DNA of 62,504 nt from Candidatus Niyogibacteria bacterium CG10_big_fil_rev_8_21_14_0_10_46_36 (GTDB lineage: Bacteria > Patescibacteriota > Minisyncoccia > 1-14-0-10-42-19): NCBI GenBank assembly GCA_002772995.1, contig PFCO01000003.1, positions 74,253 through 136,756 of the forward strand, given 5' to 3'. Numbering within the stretch: position 1 is the first letter of the stretch; each line of letters begins with the position of its first letter. The translations under genes and the position numbers were made by a program. The notes beneath the pieces were generated by a model. That model was not told the origin of the DNA. It was given only the letters and a program-made list of their open reading frames with translations, and did no database searches. This document shows, piece by piece, positions 37,694-46,685 of this stretch.

Positions 37694-39835
37694 TTATTCC
37701 TCCTTGCCCATTCCCCGTGCCTCCTGAATTTGACGCGCAACATTTGCGGGCACCTGCTGGTAATGGCTGAATTCCATGGTATATGTTCCGCGTCCCTGGG
37801 TCATGGAGCGAAGGTTGGTTACATAGCCGAACATTTCTGACAACGGAACTTTTGCTTCTACCACCTTTAAGTTATAGCGGTCGGCCATGCTCTCAATGGT
37901 TCCGCGCTTTGATGACAAGTCCCCGGTAACATCGCCCAAAAATTCATCGGGTGCTATAACCTCAACTTTCATAATAGGTTCCAAAAGTACCGGCTTGGCG
38001 CGGCGCGCCGCTTCCTGAAACGCCATGGAGCCCGCAATCTTAAAAGCGACTTCGGATGAGTCCACATCGTGATACGAACCGTCATAGAGCGCCGCTTTAA
38101 TGTCTACCATAGGGTAGCCGGCAACAACTCCACGGGAAAGCGCTTCTTTGATTCCCTTTTCAACTGCGGGGATAAATTCATTCGGGATAATACCTCCCTT
38201 AATTTCGTTTACGAATTCAAACCCAGTTGCCGCTTCCATCGGTTCAAGACGGATACGGACATGGCCGTATTGCCCGCGGCCTCCCGACTGCTTAATGTAT
38301 TTTCCTTCCGCTTCCGATTTTGCGGTGATTGTTTCGCGGAATGCCACCTGAGGCTTTCCAATATTTGCTTCCACCTTAAACTCGCGGCGCATCCGGTCTA
38401 CAAGTACTTCTAAGTGAAGTTCGCCCATGCCGGAAATAATGACATCAAGGGTTTCTGCATCGGTTTGCACGCGGAATGTCGGATCCTCCTCACTCAAGCG
38501 CTTAAGCGCAAGGCCCATTTTTTCTTGGTCCGCTTTTGTCTTCGGCTCAATGCGGACAGACACCATTGGTTCGGGGAATTCTATCTTTTCAAGCACAATA
38601 AGATTGTCCGGATCGCAAAGCGTGTCCCCCGTTTTTGTGTTCTTAAGCCCTACAATAGCGCCGATATCTCCCGCATACATTTCTTTTACTTCTTCGCGGG
38701 AATTTGAATGTATCCGGAGCACGCGCCCGATGCGCTCTTTTGTATCTCCCGTGGTGTTGTGCACATACGAACCCGTTTCAAGTTTGCCGGAATAGATACG
38801 GAAAAATGTAAGCTGTCCTACATACGGATCAGTCTGGAGCTTAAATGCAAGTGCTGCAAACGGCTCTGCGTCGTCTGGCTTACGCGTTAATGTTTTCTCT
38901 TCGTCTCCGGGGTCAAATCCTTCTACCGGAGGCAAGTCAGTGGGAGAAGGCAAATAATCAACAACACCATCAAGCATGAGCTGAACGCCCTTGTTCTTGA
39001 GTGCCGAGCCGCAAAATACAGGGACGATGATATTTGCAAGTGTTGCTTTTCGGAGCGCCGGACGGAGTTCTGCTTCGGTGATTTCTTTTCCATCTAAATA
39101 TTTTTCAGTAAGCGCATCGTCGGTTTCTGCTATCTTTTCAACCATCTTTGTACGCCACGAATCTGCTTCTGCCTTCATATCCTCTGGAATGTCTTCTACC
39201 CGGATTTGTTCGCCATGATCTCCGTCAAAATGAATTGCCTTCATCCGCATAAGATCAATAACGCCCTTATGGTCTTGCTCAAGGCCGATAGGGATATTTA
39301 CCGGAACAGCATTTGGGGTTAATCGTTCAATGATTGAACCGAGGGACTTTTGAAATGACGCGCCGGTGCGGTCAAGTTTGTTGATGAAACACATGCGCGG
39401 TACCTCAAACTTGTCTGCCTGGCGCCATACGGTTTCTGACTGTGGCTCTACTCCCGCAACGCCGTCAAACACCACTACTGCACCATCCAGCACCCGGAGC
39501 GAGCGCTGCACCTCAACCGTAAAATCAATGTGACCCGGAGTATCAATAATGTTTATTTTATATTCGTTTTCTTTTCGCTTCTCGGCCTCGCCCGCGCCAA
39601 GTCCCAAGTATGTCGGAACCCAAAATGCCGTAGTCGCCGCAGATGTAATGGTAATGCCGCGTTCACGCTCCTGTTCCATCCAGTCCATGATCGCTTCTCC
39701 TTCGTGCACCTCCCCTATTTTGTGCGAGATGCCCGTATAAAAAAGCACCCGTTCGCTTACGGTTGTCTTTCCGGCATCAATGTGAGCAATGATACCGATA
39801 TCTCGAATCTTTTCTAACGGGTATTGTCTCGCCAT
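37694..39835 (-). CDS. fusA: Elongation factor G
   Basis: [35 protein letters not shown]. Confidence 0.99.
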   Translation of the reverse strand: MARQYPLEKIRDIGIIAHIDAGKTTVSERVLFYTGISHKIGEVHEGEAIMDWMEQERERGITITSAATTAFWVPTYLGLGAGEAEKRKENEYKINIIDTPGHIDFTVEVQRSLRVLDGAVVVFDGVAGVEPQSETVWRQADKFEVPRMCFINKLDRTGASFQKSLGSIIERLTPNAVPVNIPIGLEQDHKGVIDLMRMKAIHFDGDHGEQIRVEDIPEDMKAEADSWRTKMVEKIAETDDALTEKYLDGKEITEAELRPALRKATLANIIVPVFCGSALKNKGVQLMLDGVVDYLPSPTDLPPVEGFDPGDEEKTLTRKPDDAEPFAALAFKLQTDPYVGQLTFFRIYSGKLETGSYVHNTTGDTKERIGRVLRIHSNSREEVKEMYAGDIGAIVGLKNTKTGDTLCDPDNLIVLEKIEFPEPMVSVRIEPKTKADQEKMGLALKRLSEEDPTFRVQTDAETLDVIISGMGELHLEVLVDRMRREFKVEANIGKPQVAFRETITAKSEAEGKYIKQSGGRGQYGHVRIRLEPMEAATGFEFVNEIKGGIIPNEFIPAVEKGIKEALSRGVVAGYPMVDIKAALYDGSYHDVDSSEVAFKIAGSMAFQEAARRAKPVLLEPIMKVEVIAPDEFLGDVTGDLSSKRGTIESMADRYNLKVVEAKVPLSEMFGYVTNLRSMTQGRGTYTMEFSHYQQVPANVARQIQEARGMGKEE

Positions 39836-39844
39836 ACCAATGTA

Positions 39845-40315
39845 TTACCACGCAAAGTGAGCAAACGCCTTGTTTGATTCTGCCATCTTGTGAGTATCTT
39901 CTTTTTTCTTGAATGCAGCGCCTTCTTTTTTAGAGGCCCCGATTATTTCTTCAGCTAAGATATACGCCATAGGCCGCCCCTTGGACGAGCGTGCCGCCTG
40001 CAAAAGCCACCGGATAGCAAGCGTCCGGCGCCGTTCCGGACGGACTTCGCGGGGCACCTGATAGTTTGCGCCTCCCACGCGCCGGGACCGCACCTCCATC
40101 ACAGGAGAAATATTCTCCATTGCTTCTTCAAACAATTTCAACGGATCCTCTACCTTCTTTTCCTTTTCCATGATCTCGAACATATCGTATACTACTTTGC
40201 GTGCGGTAGACTTTTTACCGTCCCACATGAGAGAATTAATAAATTTCTCTACGAGCGTTGAGTCGTATTTCGGATCTGTTTTTATTTCGTGTTTTTTTCG
40301 GAGCGGTCGTCGCAT
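39845..40315 (-). CDS. rpsG: 30S ribosomal protein S7
   Basis: GKKSTA, RRVGGANYQVP, AFAHFAW. Confidence 0.98.
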   Translation of the reverse strand: MRRPLRKKHEIKTDPKYDSTLVEKFINSLMWDGKKSTARKVVYDMFEIMEKEKKVEDPLKLFEEAMENISPVMEVRSRRVGGANYQVPREVRPERRRTLAIRWLLQAARSSKGRPMAYILAEEIIGASKKEGAAFKKKEDTHKMAESNKAFAHFAW

Positions 40316-40317
40316 AA

Positions 40318-40740
40318 TTATTCAGATTTGATTTTCGGACGCTTTGCGCCATACTTGGAACGGCTTTGTTTTCGTCCATCTACTCCCGACGCATCAAGTA
40401 CACCGCGGACGATGTGATACCGAACACCCGGCAAGTCCTTTACCCGGCCTCCGCGAATAAGCACGATTGAGTGCTCCTGCAGATTATGGCCCTCGCCCGG
40501 GATGTATGCGGTTACTTCCATGTTATTAGTGAGACGGACACGCGCAACTTTCCGGAGTGCTGAGTTCGGCTTTTTCGGAGTAACAGTCTTCACCTGGAGA
40601 CACACGCCTCGTTTGAAGGGTGACGAAAAATAGGTCGGCTTGTTCTTGAGTACATTAAATCCGTGCTGCAAAGCAACCGCCTTTGATTTTTTGCGGAGCT
40701 GTTTGCGTCCCTTTTTAACTAATTGGTTAATAGTCGGCAT
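40318..40740 (-). CDS. rpsL: 30S ribosomal protein S12
   Basis: [29 protein letters not shown]. Confidence 0.99.
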   Translation of the reverse strand: MPTINQLVKKGRKQLRKKSKAVALQHGFNVLKNKPTYFSSPFKRGVCLQVKTVTPKKPNSALRKVARVRLTNNMEVTAYIPGEGHNLQEHSIVLIRGGRVKDLPGVRYHIVRGVLDASGVDGRKQSRSKYGAKRPKIKSE

Positions 40741-40803
40741 ATATTACAGATAAATAAAAAGATACCAGATTACTAAAATTTGGTCAAATAGGAGGAGGCG
40801 TTG

Positions 40804-41619
40804 CTATTTTCCGTTTTTTGCCACAGGCGCGCTGCCGGATGCGACAGGCAACCGAATGATTACCGTCGTCCCTTTTCCTTCCGTAGACTCATAGGCGACA
40901 TTTCCGCCGTGCATACGCACTATTTCGCGCGCGGTAAACACGCCAAGTCCCGTCCCTTGGGCTGCATGCTGTTTTGCATTTTTAGCGCGAAAAAATTTCG
41001 CACCAATATGCAAAAGCTCATTTTTTGAAATACCAATGCCGGTATCGCGCACCCTAATAACAACGCCACTCCCCTCTGTGCGAGCCTTCGCTTCTATAGA
41101 CCCTTGCGGCTTGTTATATACAACCGCGTTTTCAACGATGTTCTCAAGCACGCGGCTTACCGCCTCAGCATCAATGAGGCATTCGGGCATGCCGGACGCA
41201 ACCTCTTTTGAAAATTGCATTCCGCGCTTCGTTGCAAGCGGTTCCAAACGCCGAAAAAGTTCTTCAAGAAACGGACTCATGGATACCCGCTCCTTATGGA
41301 GCACTGTGCTCTTCTTTTCTATGCGTGTTACATCTAAAAGAGAACGGACAAAACGGACAAGCTGTTCGTTGCGCTCAATAAGATTTTCGAACATGTGCTT
41401 TTGTTCATCAGTGAACGAGCCGTAATTCCCTTCCAAAAATTCCGCAAGCGTCCACTTTACTAGTGTCAGCGGGGTACGGATGTGATGCGCCGCAATAGAC
41501 AAAAATTCCGTCTTTGCTTTCTCGCTTCTTTTCGTCCGCATATACGCAACCCCGAGAACAATCACAAGAATGGCTGCGCCGCCTCCTACAGTAATGAATA
41601 TTGAGAGAGGCACGAACAT
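40804..41619 (-). CDS. Orphan sensor histidine kinase (one TM, HisKA + HATPase)
   Basis: AHHIRTPLT, ENAVVYN, DTGIGI, GTGLG, GKGTT. Confidence 0.9.
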   Translation of the reverse strand: MFVPLSIFITVGGGAAILVIVLGVAYMRTKRSEKAKTEFLSIAAHHIRTPLTLVKWTLAEFLEGNYGSFTDEQKHMFENLIERNEQLVRFVRSLLDVTRIEKKSTVLHKERVSMSPFLEELFRRLEPLATKRGMQFSKEVASGMPECLIDAEAVSRVLENIVENAVVYNKPQGSIEAKARTEGSGVVIRVRDTGIGISKNELLHIGAKFFRAKNAKQHAAQGTGLGVFTAREIVRMHGGNVAYESTEGKGTTVIIRLPVASGSAPVAKNGK

Positions 41620-41621
41620 AC

Positions 41622-42248
41622 TTAAAAGAAACTACTTGCCGGAATGCCTGTTATTAATGAAAAAAGCGCAACAATGACGGGAGAAATAAGCTGCCAAAAG
41701 AACAGAATAAAAACAAGAACAAGAAAAAATCCGTACTGTTCCAAAAACCGCTGAATGTGCATCCATCGATACGGCAACGCTGAAAACAAGATCTTTGAAC
41801 CATCAAGCGGCGGGATAGGAACCAGGTTAAATACCGCGAGAATGATATTGATGAACACTATATAGAAGAGCACCTGCACAAACGCTGCAGGCAGCGCCAG
41901 TATCCCCGCCATGCGGATGACAACACCGAAAAATACGGCGATAATGATGTTTGATAGCGGGCCTGCCACCGCAACGATTGCCGGACCCCATTTTTGATTT
42001 GAAAGATTATAGGGATTGAACGGAACTGGTTTTGCCCACGCAATAATAAATCCGCCAAAAAACGCCAGCACAAAAGGAACCAGTATGGAACCAATCGGGT
42101 CAATGTGCGGAATAGGATTAAGCGTTAAACGACCTTGGTGCTTTGCTGTGGGATCACCTAACATGAGTGCTGCGTATCCATGGGAAAATTCATGGATAAT
42201 AGCCGACATAATGACAATTGCAATAATGAATATGATATCGATAGACAT
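41622..42248 (-). CDS. Site-2 protease family (M50) membrane metalloprotease
   Basis: HEFSHG, FNLVPIPPLDGSKI. Confidence 0.92.
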   Translation of the reverse strand: MSIDIIFIIAIVIMSAIIHEFSHGYAALMLGDPTAKHQGRLTLNPIPHIDPIGSILVPFVLAFFGGFIIAWAKPVPFNPYNLSNQKWGPAIVAVAGPLSNIIIAVFFGVVIRMAGILALPAAFVQVLFYIVFINIILAVFNLVPIPPLDGSKILFSALPYRWMHIQRFLEQYGFFLVLVFILFFWQLISPVIVALFSLITGIPASSFF

Positions 42249-42298
42249 ATGATTATGTTTATGGTAGCATAAAACATACCTAATTTCGACATACGCTT

Positions 42299-42496
42299 AT
42301 GAAAACATGTCCTATATGCGACAAGGGTTCAAAGATGGGCGGCAAGCGGAACCTTCTTCGCGGAAAATACAACCCAACAAAGCATGTGCGCAAATATCCG
42401 AATCTTCAATGGGCACGGTTTCCTAATGGACAGCGGGCAAAAATATGCACCACATGCATCAAGGGCAACCGCCACCTGAAACAAAAAACAAAGTAA
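42299..42496 (+). CDS. rpmB: 50S ribosomal protein L28
   Basis: CPICDKG...YPNLQW...ICTTCIK. Confidence 0.9.
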   Translation: MKTCPICDKGSKMGGKRNLLRGKYNPTKHVRKYPNLQWARFPNGQRAKICTTCIKGNRHLKQKTK

Positions 42497-42556
42497 TTCC
42501 TTACTTTGTTTTTTGTTCTGCGGAAAACGGCTAACACAGAAGTGTTAGCCGTTTAT

Positions 42557-43804
42557 TTATGCGAGCACAATAGTTGCAAGCCCTAAAAAAGCGAGAAAAC
42601 CAAGTACATCGGTTGCCGTAGTAATGAATATAGTTGCCGAAGACGCAGGGTCCTTGCCAAAATGTTTCATAACAAGCGGCACCAATGTTCCAAAAAAAGC
42701 GGCGACCAAGAGGTTAATAATCATGGCGGATGCAAGGATAAGCGCTATCTTAATATCTCTGTTTACAAACAACACAACGCCTGCCACAAGAACACCGTTG
42801 ATAAGCCCGTTTACAAATCCGCTCAGAAGCTCGTTCCGCAATGTCCGCCAGATATGCGCAAGGTCAATTTGCCGAAGCGATATACCGCGGACAAGAACGG
42901 CAAGGGTTTGAGTTGCCGCATTTCCCCCCATGCCGGCAACAATTGGCATATACACCGCAAGCAAGACATAACGCGAAACCGTATCTTCAAAAAATCCGAC
43001 GGTAAATGCCGCAAGAAACGCTGTCGCCAGGTTAACGATGAGCCATTTATACCGGTACCGTATCTTTCTCGGCGCAGAATCAAACACGCCCTCTTCGTCA
43101 GACACACCCGCAAAATCATACAACGATTTTGATTCCTGCTCATGCATCAGCCGCAGCACATCGTCAGAATAGATAATGCCCAGCACCGCATTTTTTTCTC
43201 CGAACACGACGAGCTTGTTGTGCGGATGGAGGCGGAATTTTTTGAGCACATCCTCATGGCTTGCAGAATAATGAATGGTTTCTATGTTGCGTACATGCTT
43301 ATACACTTTTTCACTCGGGCGGGAAAATCCGAGTTCATGCCCCGGCAAATATCCTGCCATGTTCCCCTCACGAGACACAATGATGGCAGGCAGGCGCCCA
43401 GTGCGCTTTTCGTGTACCTTAAAACGCTTTGCAACATGTGCGACAGTGTCATCTGCATCCACAATAATGTAATCCAAATTCATAAGACCGCCTGCGGTTT
43501 CCGGGTCAAATTGCAAAAGCACAGACAAACTATTTTTCATCTGTTCGGTCATCTCGCGAAGCAATGTTTCTTGTTTTCGCTTTGAAAACACCTGGAGTAT
43601 GTCGGTCGCCTCATCCGGGTCTAGTCGTTCCAGCAACGAAACAATTTCTTGCTTATCAAGCTGGTTTAAAATGTCATATTGCACATGCTTCCCAAGACGC
43701 AGAAGAACCTCGCTTTGTATTTCGGATTGTATATCACGGAACATGTCTACGCGCTTGTCATGTCCATACGCTATCTTTTGTGCGATCTGCTGAATCGTTG
43801 GCAT
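42557..43804 (-). CDS. mgtE: Magnesium transporter MgtE
   Basis: MgtE N-terminal domain, TAGGLM, GMGGNAATQ, DPA, TTATDVLG. Confidence 0.92.
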   Translation of the reverse strand: MPTIQQIAQKIAYGHDKRVDMFRDIQSEIQSEVLLRLGKHVQYDILNQLDKQEIVSLLERLDPDEATDILQVFSKRKQETLLREMTEQMKNSLSVLLQFDPETAGGLMNLDYIIVDADDTVAHVAKRFKVHEKRTGRLPAIIVSREGNMAGYLPGHELGFSRPSEKVYKHVRNIETIHYSASHEDVLKKFRLHPHNKLVVFGEKNAVLGIIYSDDVLRLMHEQESKSLYDFAGVSDEEGVFDSAPRKIRYRYKWLIVNLATAFLAAFTVGFFEDTVSRYVLLAVYMPIVAGMGGNAATQTLAVLVRGISLRQIDLAHIWRTLRNELLSGFVNGLINGVLVAGVVLFVNRDIKIALILASAMIINLLVAAFFGTLVPLVMKHFGKDPASSATIFITTATDVLGFLAFLGLATIVLA

Positions 43805-43874
43805 ACATTCATTCTACAAGCATTTCCTGAAACAAAAAACTTCCACCGTTATCGATGGAAGCAATACATATTCT

Positions 43875-44624
43875 TTATGCAAGAAGAAGCGACGCTTTGT
43901 AGATATAAAAACGCACTAACCGCGAATCAAGCTCATTCTCTTCGTTGCGCAGTCTTCCTTGCGCATCAATATTTATGTCGGGGAAATCCGTAAGAAGCGG
44001 CTCTAGAAGATCTAATGAATGAGGTCCAAGACCGCCGGCAACGCCAAGACCGATATCGTCCATCTTGTCTCTTATAGCAAGAAGGATGTGCCGGGCGCGC
44101 TCTGCGTCAAACGGCTTGCCGCGGCCTCCGCTCGAATCAAGCAGTATAGCGTCAACCACGCCCCGATACTCAGTAAGGATGCTGGATACCATAAACGGCG
44201 TGCCCGCTGATTCAACAGCGTGCCGTCCAATTTGAAGGACAATGTAGCATTCGCCGGATACTTTTTCTTTGTATGTCCTTAATTGATCGATGCTGGGCCA
44301 TGTCATATTAAGCTGGAATCCGTGAATATGCTCTCCTCCAAGCCTATGAATAGCAAGCATGTCATCTGCTATTGAGTGTTCTTGCCCTTCTTCTGTGCTG
44401 AAGTGAACCAAATTAAGCGCTCGAGCATCGTCTATAAAAATATTTTTGATGTCCTGCGGGTCTGGTGTTTGCTTTGCCCATATCGGCTTCATGGGTATGC
44501 CCCGCAATGATTTCCATGTGGCGAGTACGCCAACCATAAGCTTTCGGTTATTGCCCTTATATGCCTCAAGTGCGGCAGAAACTTCTTCTCGCTTTGAAAA
44601 GCCGGTAACGCCTATGTAACTCAT
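43875..44624 (-). CDS. Hypothetical TIM-barrel protein (TrpF-like fold suspected)
   Basis: LLDSSGGRG, GVAGGLGP, IDAQG; GGGGG before MSYIG. Confidence 0.6.
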   Translation of the reverse strand: MSYIGVTGFSKREEVSAALEAYKGNNRKLMVGVLATWKSLRGIPMKPIWAKQTPDPQDIKNIFIDDARALNLVHFSTEEGQEHSIADDMLAIHRLGGEHIHGFQLNMTWPSIDQLRTYKEKVSGECYIVLQIGRHAVESAGTPFMVSSILTEYRGVVDAILLDSSGGRGKPFDAERARHILLAIRDKMDDIGLGVAGGLGPHSLDLLEPLLTDFPDINIDAQGRLRNEENELDSRLVRFYIYKASLLLA

Positions 44625-44709
44625 TGTGAGTCCCCCATTTTTAAAGGTCTTGAGTGTATTGTATGAAAACAATCTTATCAATGCAGTATAAAAAAGCAAG
44701 CACTTTTTG

Positions 44710-44738
44710 TTGGGATGCCGGGAATCGAACCCGGTCTA
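44710..44738 (-). pseudogene. 3' fragment of a second tRNA-Pro (variable loop, T-arm, 3' acceptor strand)
   Basis: TAGA-CCGGG-TTCGATT-CCCGG-CATCCCA-A; 24/29 identical to the intact gene. Confidence 0.85.
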
Positions 44739-44741
44739 TAT

Positions 44742-44847
44742 CTCTTTGTATTCTTTCGTCGGGCCGCCGAGAATCGAACTCGGTCTACATGCACCCCATG
44801 CATGCGTACTGCCGGTATACTACGGCCCGACGAAAGAATACAAAGAG
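44742..44847. repeat. 18-bp perfect inverted repeat flanking tRNA-Pro (44742-44759 / 44830-44847)
   Basis: CTCTTTGTATTCTTTCGT vs ACGAAAGAATACAAAGAG. Confidence 0.95.
44759..44829 (-). tRNA. tRNA-Pro(GGG), CCA not encoded
   Basis: CGGGCCG/CGGCCCG acceptor, CATGC-ATGGGGT-GCATG anticodon arm, CCGAG-TTCGATT-CTCGG, A73. Confidence 0.95.
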
Positions 44848-44923
44848 CCAGGGATTATTTTTATTTATACCACAACAAGCAAAGGATATAATCCCGTAAA
44901 ATGTAAAAATCTTTACATTTTAC

Positions 44924-44959
44924 CCCCATGCATGCGTACTGCCGGTATACTACATCCCG
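44924..44959 (-). pseudogene. 5' fragment of a second tRNA-Pro (acceptor 5' strand through G37)
   Basis: CGGGATG-TAGTATACCGGCAGTACGCATGCATGGGG; 30 nt identical to the intact gene. Confidence 0.85.
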
Positions 44960-44982
44960 AAGTGTCTCTACTGTAGCATAAT

Positions 44983-45011
44983 AAAAACGGCTCTTCTAGA
45001 AGAGCCGTTTT
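44983..45011. terminator. Terminator at the end of the ALDH gene
   Basis: AAAAACGGCTCTTC-TA-GAAGAGCCGTTTT. Confidence 0.8.
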
Positions 45012-45015
45012 GTTT

Positions 45016-46578
45016 TTATTTTTTCTTTTCCGTAAAACGGATGCCTTGTGCAAGCTCCATAACACCCGAGTAGTTCGTAGCTCCGCCGCTTTCACGCACA
45101 TAATTACGCCACGCATCCCCTCCGGCCTCTCTCCCCCATCCGGTATCATAATTACCGCCAAACGGAGTAGTTGATTCAGCGCCGCTCGTTCCACAATTAA
45201 TGTTTAGTATCCCCGCACGAGAACCTTCCGGTCCCCGGAAATGATACATTGCGCTTATTTTTTCAGTAAAAAGCGCAGCCGCTAACTGTTGCGGCGCTTC
45301 ATTAGCAAGAGATATACCTTCTTCAAGGCTGTCTATCTCTGTTATATACAATATCGGACCGAATGTTTCCTCAAGAGCTATGGGGAGATTTTTTCCTTTT
45401 GGCATGCGCACAACAGTAGGCGCTACAAAACATCCCCGTTCGTGCATACGTTCGCCGCGAATAAGTATTTCTCCTCCCTGCTTTTCTGCGATTGCCGTTG
45501 CCTCCAGGAATTTCTTAACTGCCGATTTGTTTATAAGAGGGCCCGCAAGGGTTTTTTTGTTCAACGGATTTCCAAAATGAGCCCCTCCGCAAAGATCAAG
45601 AAACATGCCTATAAACAAGGAGTATCTGTCTTTGTGGACATAGATACGCCGTGTTGTCGTGCATCGCTGCGCGGTCGTTCCGATAAATCCGAAAAATGCA
45701 GCCTGTGCGGCAAGATCAATATCTGCATCATCAAGAACAATCATGGGATTATTCCCGCCAAGCTCAAGCAACGAACGCCCAAGCCGCGCCCCCACAATCT
45801 CCCCCACTCTCCTACCAACGCGCGTAGAGCCAGTAAAACTTATGAGGTCGATGTTTTTGTCGGCAATCATCCTTTCGCCAATAATAATATTGTCTCCGAT
45901 AACGAGCGCAAGCACACCCTCGTGTCCATATTTTTTAAGAACACGATTGCATATGCGCTGTATTGCTATCGCGCAAAGCGGCGTTTCGAGTGAAGGCTTC
46001 CACACAACAACATTGCCCGTTACGAGCGCTATAAGCGCATTCCACCCCCATACCGCTACCGGAAAATTAAATGCGGTGATGACTCCGATAACGCCGAGGG
46101 GATTATACCACTCTCCAAGCGCATGCCGCGCGCGCTCGCTATAAAATGAATGTCCATTCTTGCCGCGTGAAATACCTGACGCCACCTTTTCAAGATCTAT
46201 GATTTCTTGGACTTCACCCTCGCCTTCGCGCCGTATCTTTCCCATTTCAAGTGCAATAAGACTGCCGAGATCTTTTTTGTGCCGGATAATGCTGCGCACA
46301 ATTTCCCGCACAATAAGCCCGCGCTTTGGCGCAGGCACCATGCGCCATGTGAGAAATGCATCCTTTGCTTTTTCGATGACAGCGTTGTAGTCACTGCTCC
46401 CCGCCATTGTTACCTGCGCAATCATTTCGCCCGTTGAAGGGTTTATGGAATCAAGCAACGCGCCATCTGTGTGCTCCCGCGCGGAGCCCGCCCATGCGCC
46501 GGGATTTATATTCTTAATCCCGAGACGCTCAAGAAATGCATATGTTCCCTTCTGTATGTGTTTTTCTGTCTTGCCCAT
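45016..46578 (-). CDS. Aldehyde dehydrogenase family 7 (aminoadipate-semialdehyde/P6C dehydrogenase-like)
   Basis: ITAFNFPVAV, WKPS, FTGST, LLELGGNN, QRCTT, ETFGPIL, TSGAE, FGG. Confidence 0.9.
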   Translation of the reverse strand: MGKTEKHIQKGTYAFLERLGIKNINPGAWAGSAREHTDGALLDSINPSTGEMIAQVTMAGSSDYNAVIEKAKDAFLTWRMVPAPKRGLIVREIVRSIIRHKKDLGSLIALEMGKIRREGEGEVQEIIDLEKVASGISRGKNGHSFYSERARHALGEWYNPLGVIGVITAFNFPVAVWGWNALIALVTGNVVVWKPSLETPLCAIAIQRICNRVLKKYGHEGVLALVIGDNIIIGERMIADKNIDLISFTGSTRVGRRVGEIVGARLGRSLLELGGNNPMIVLDDADIDLAAQAAFFGFIGTTAQRCTTTRRIYVHKDRYSLFIGMFLDLCGGAHFGNPLNKKTLAGPLINKSAVKKFLEATAIAEKQGGEILIRGERMHERGCFVAPTVVRMPKGKNLPIALEETFGPILYITEIDSLEEGISLANEAPQQLAAALFTEKISAMYHFRGPEGSRAGILNINCGTSGAESTTPFGGNYDTGWGREAGGDAWRNYVRESGGATNYSGVMELAQGIRFTEKKK

Positions 46579-46685
46579 ACAGAGCCTCCTTGCTTATATA
46601 TATTTTCAAACCGCAACCAGTCTATCATATAATATGGGATAAATCTACAAAAAATCCGCCATATATAATATGGCGGATGTAATTT

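Noticed and set aside
27440-40740. Numerous 60-200 aa ORFs antisense or out of frame to ribosomal, EF-Tu and EF-G genes
   Set aside because: Shadow ORFs of highly conserved genes.
44710-44959. Outer tRNA-like halves as tmRNA or as a spliceable intron-containing tRNA
   Set aside because: No G3:U70 alanine identity pair and no tag ORF. Excision at 37/38 would leave positions 38-43 missing. No group I core or bulge-helix-bulge motif was recognised.
44654-45194. Track ORFs 44654-44899, 44707-44976 and 44913-45194
   Set aside because: They overlap tRNA-Pro, its fragments or the ALDH 3' end, and have no protein-like features.
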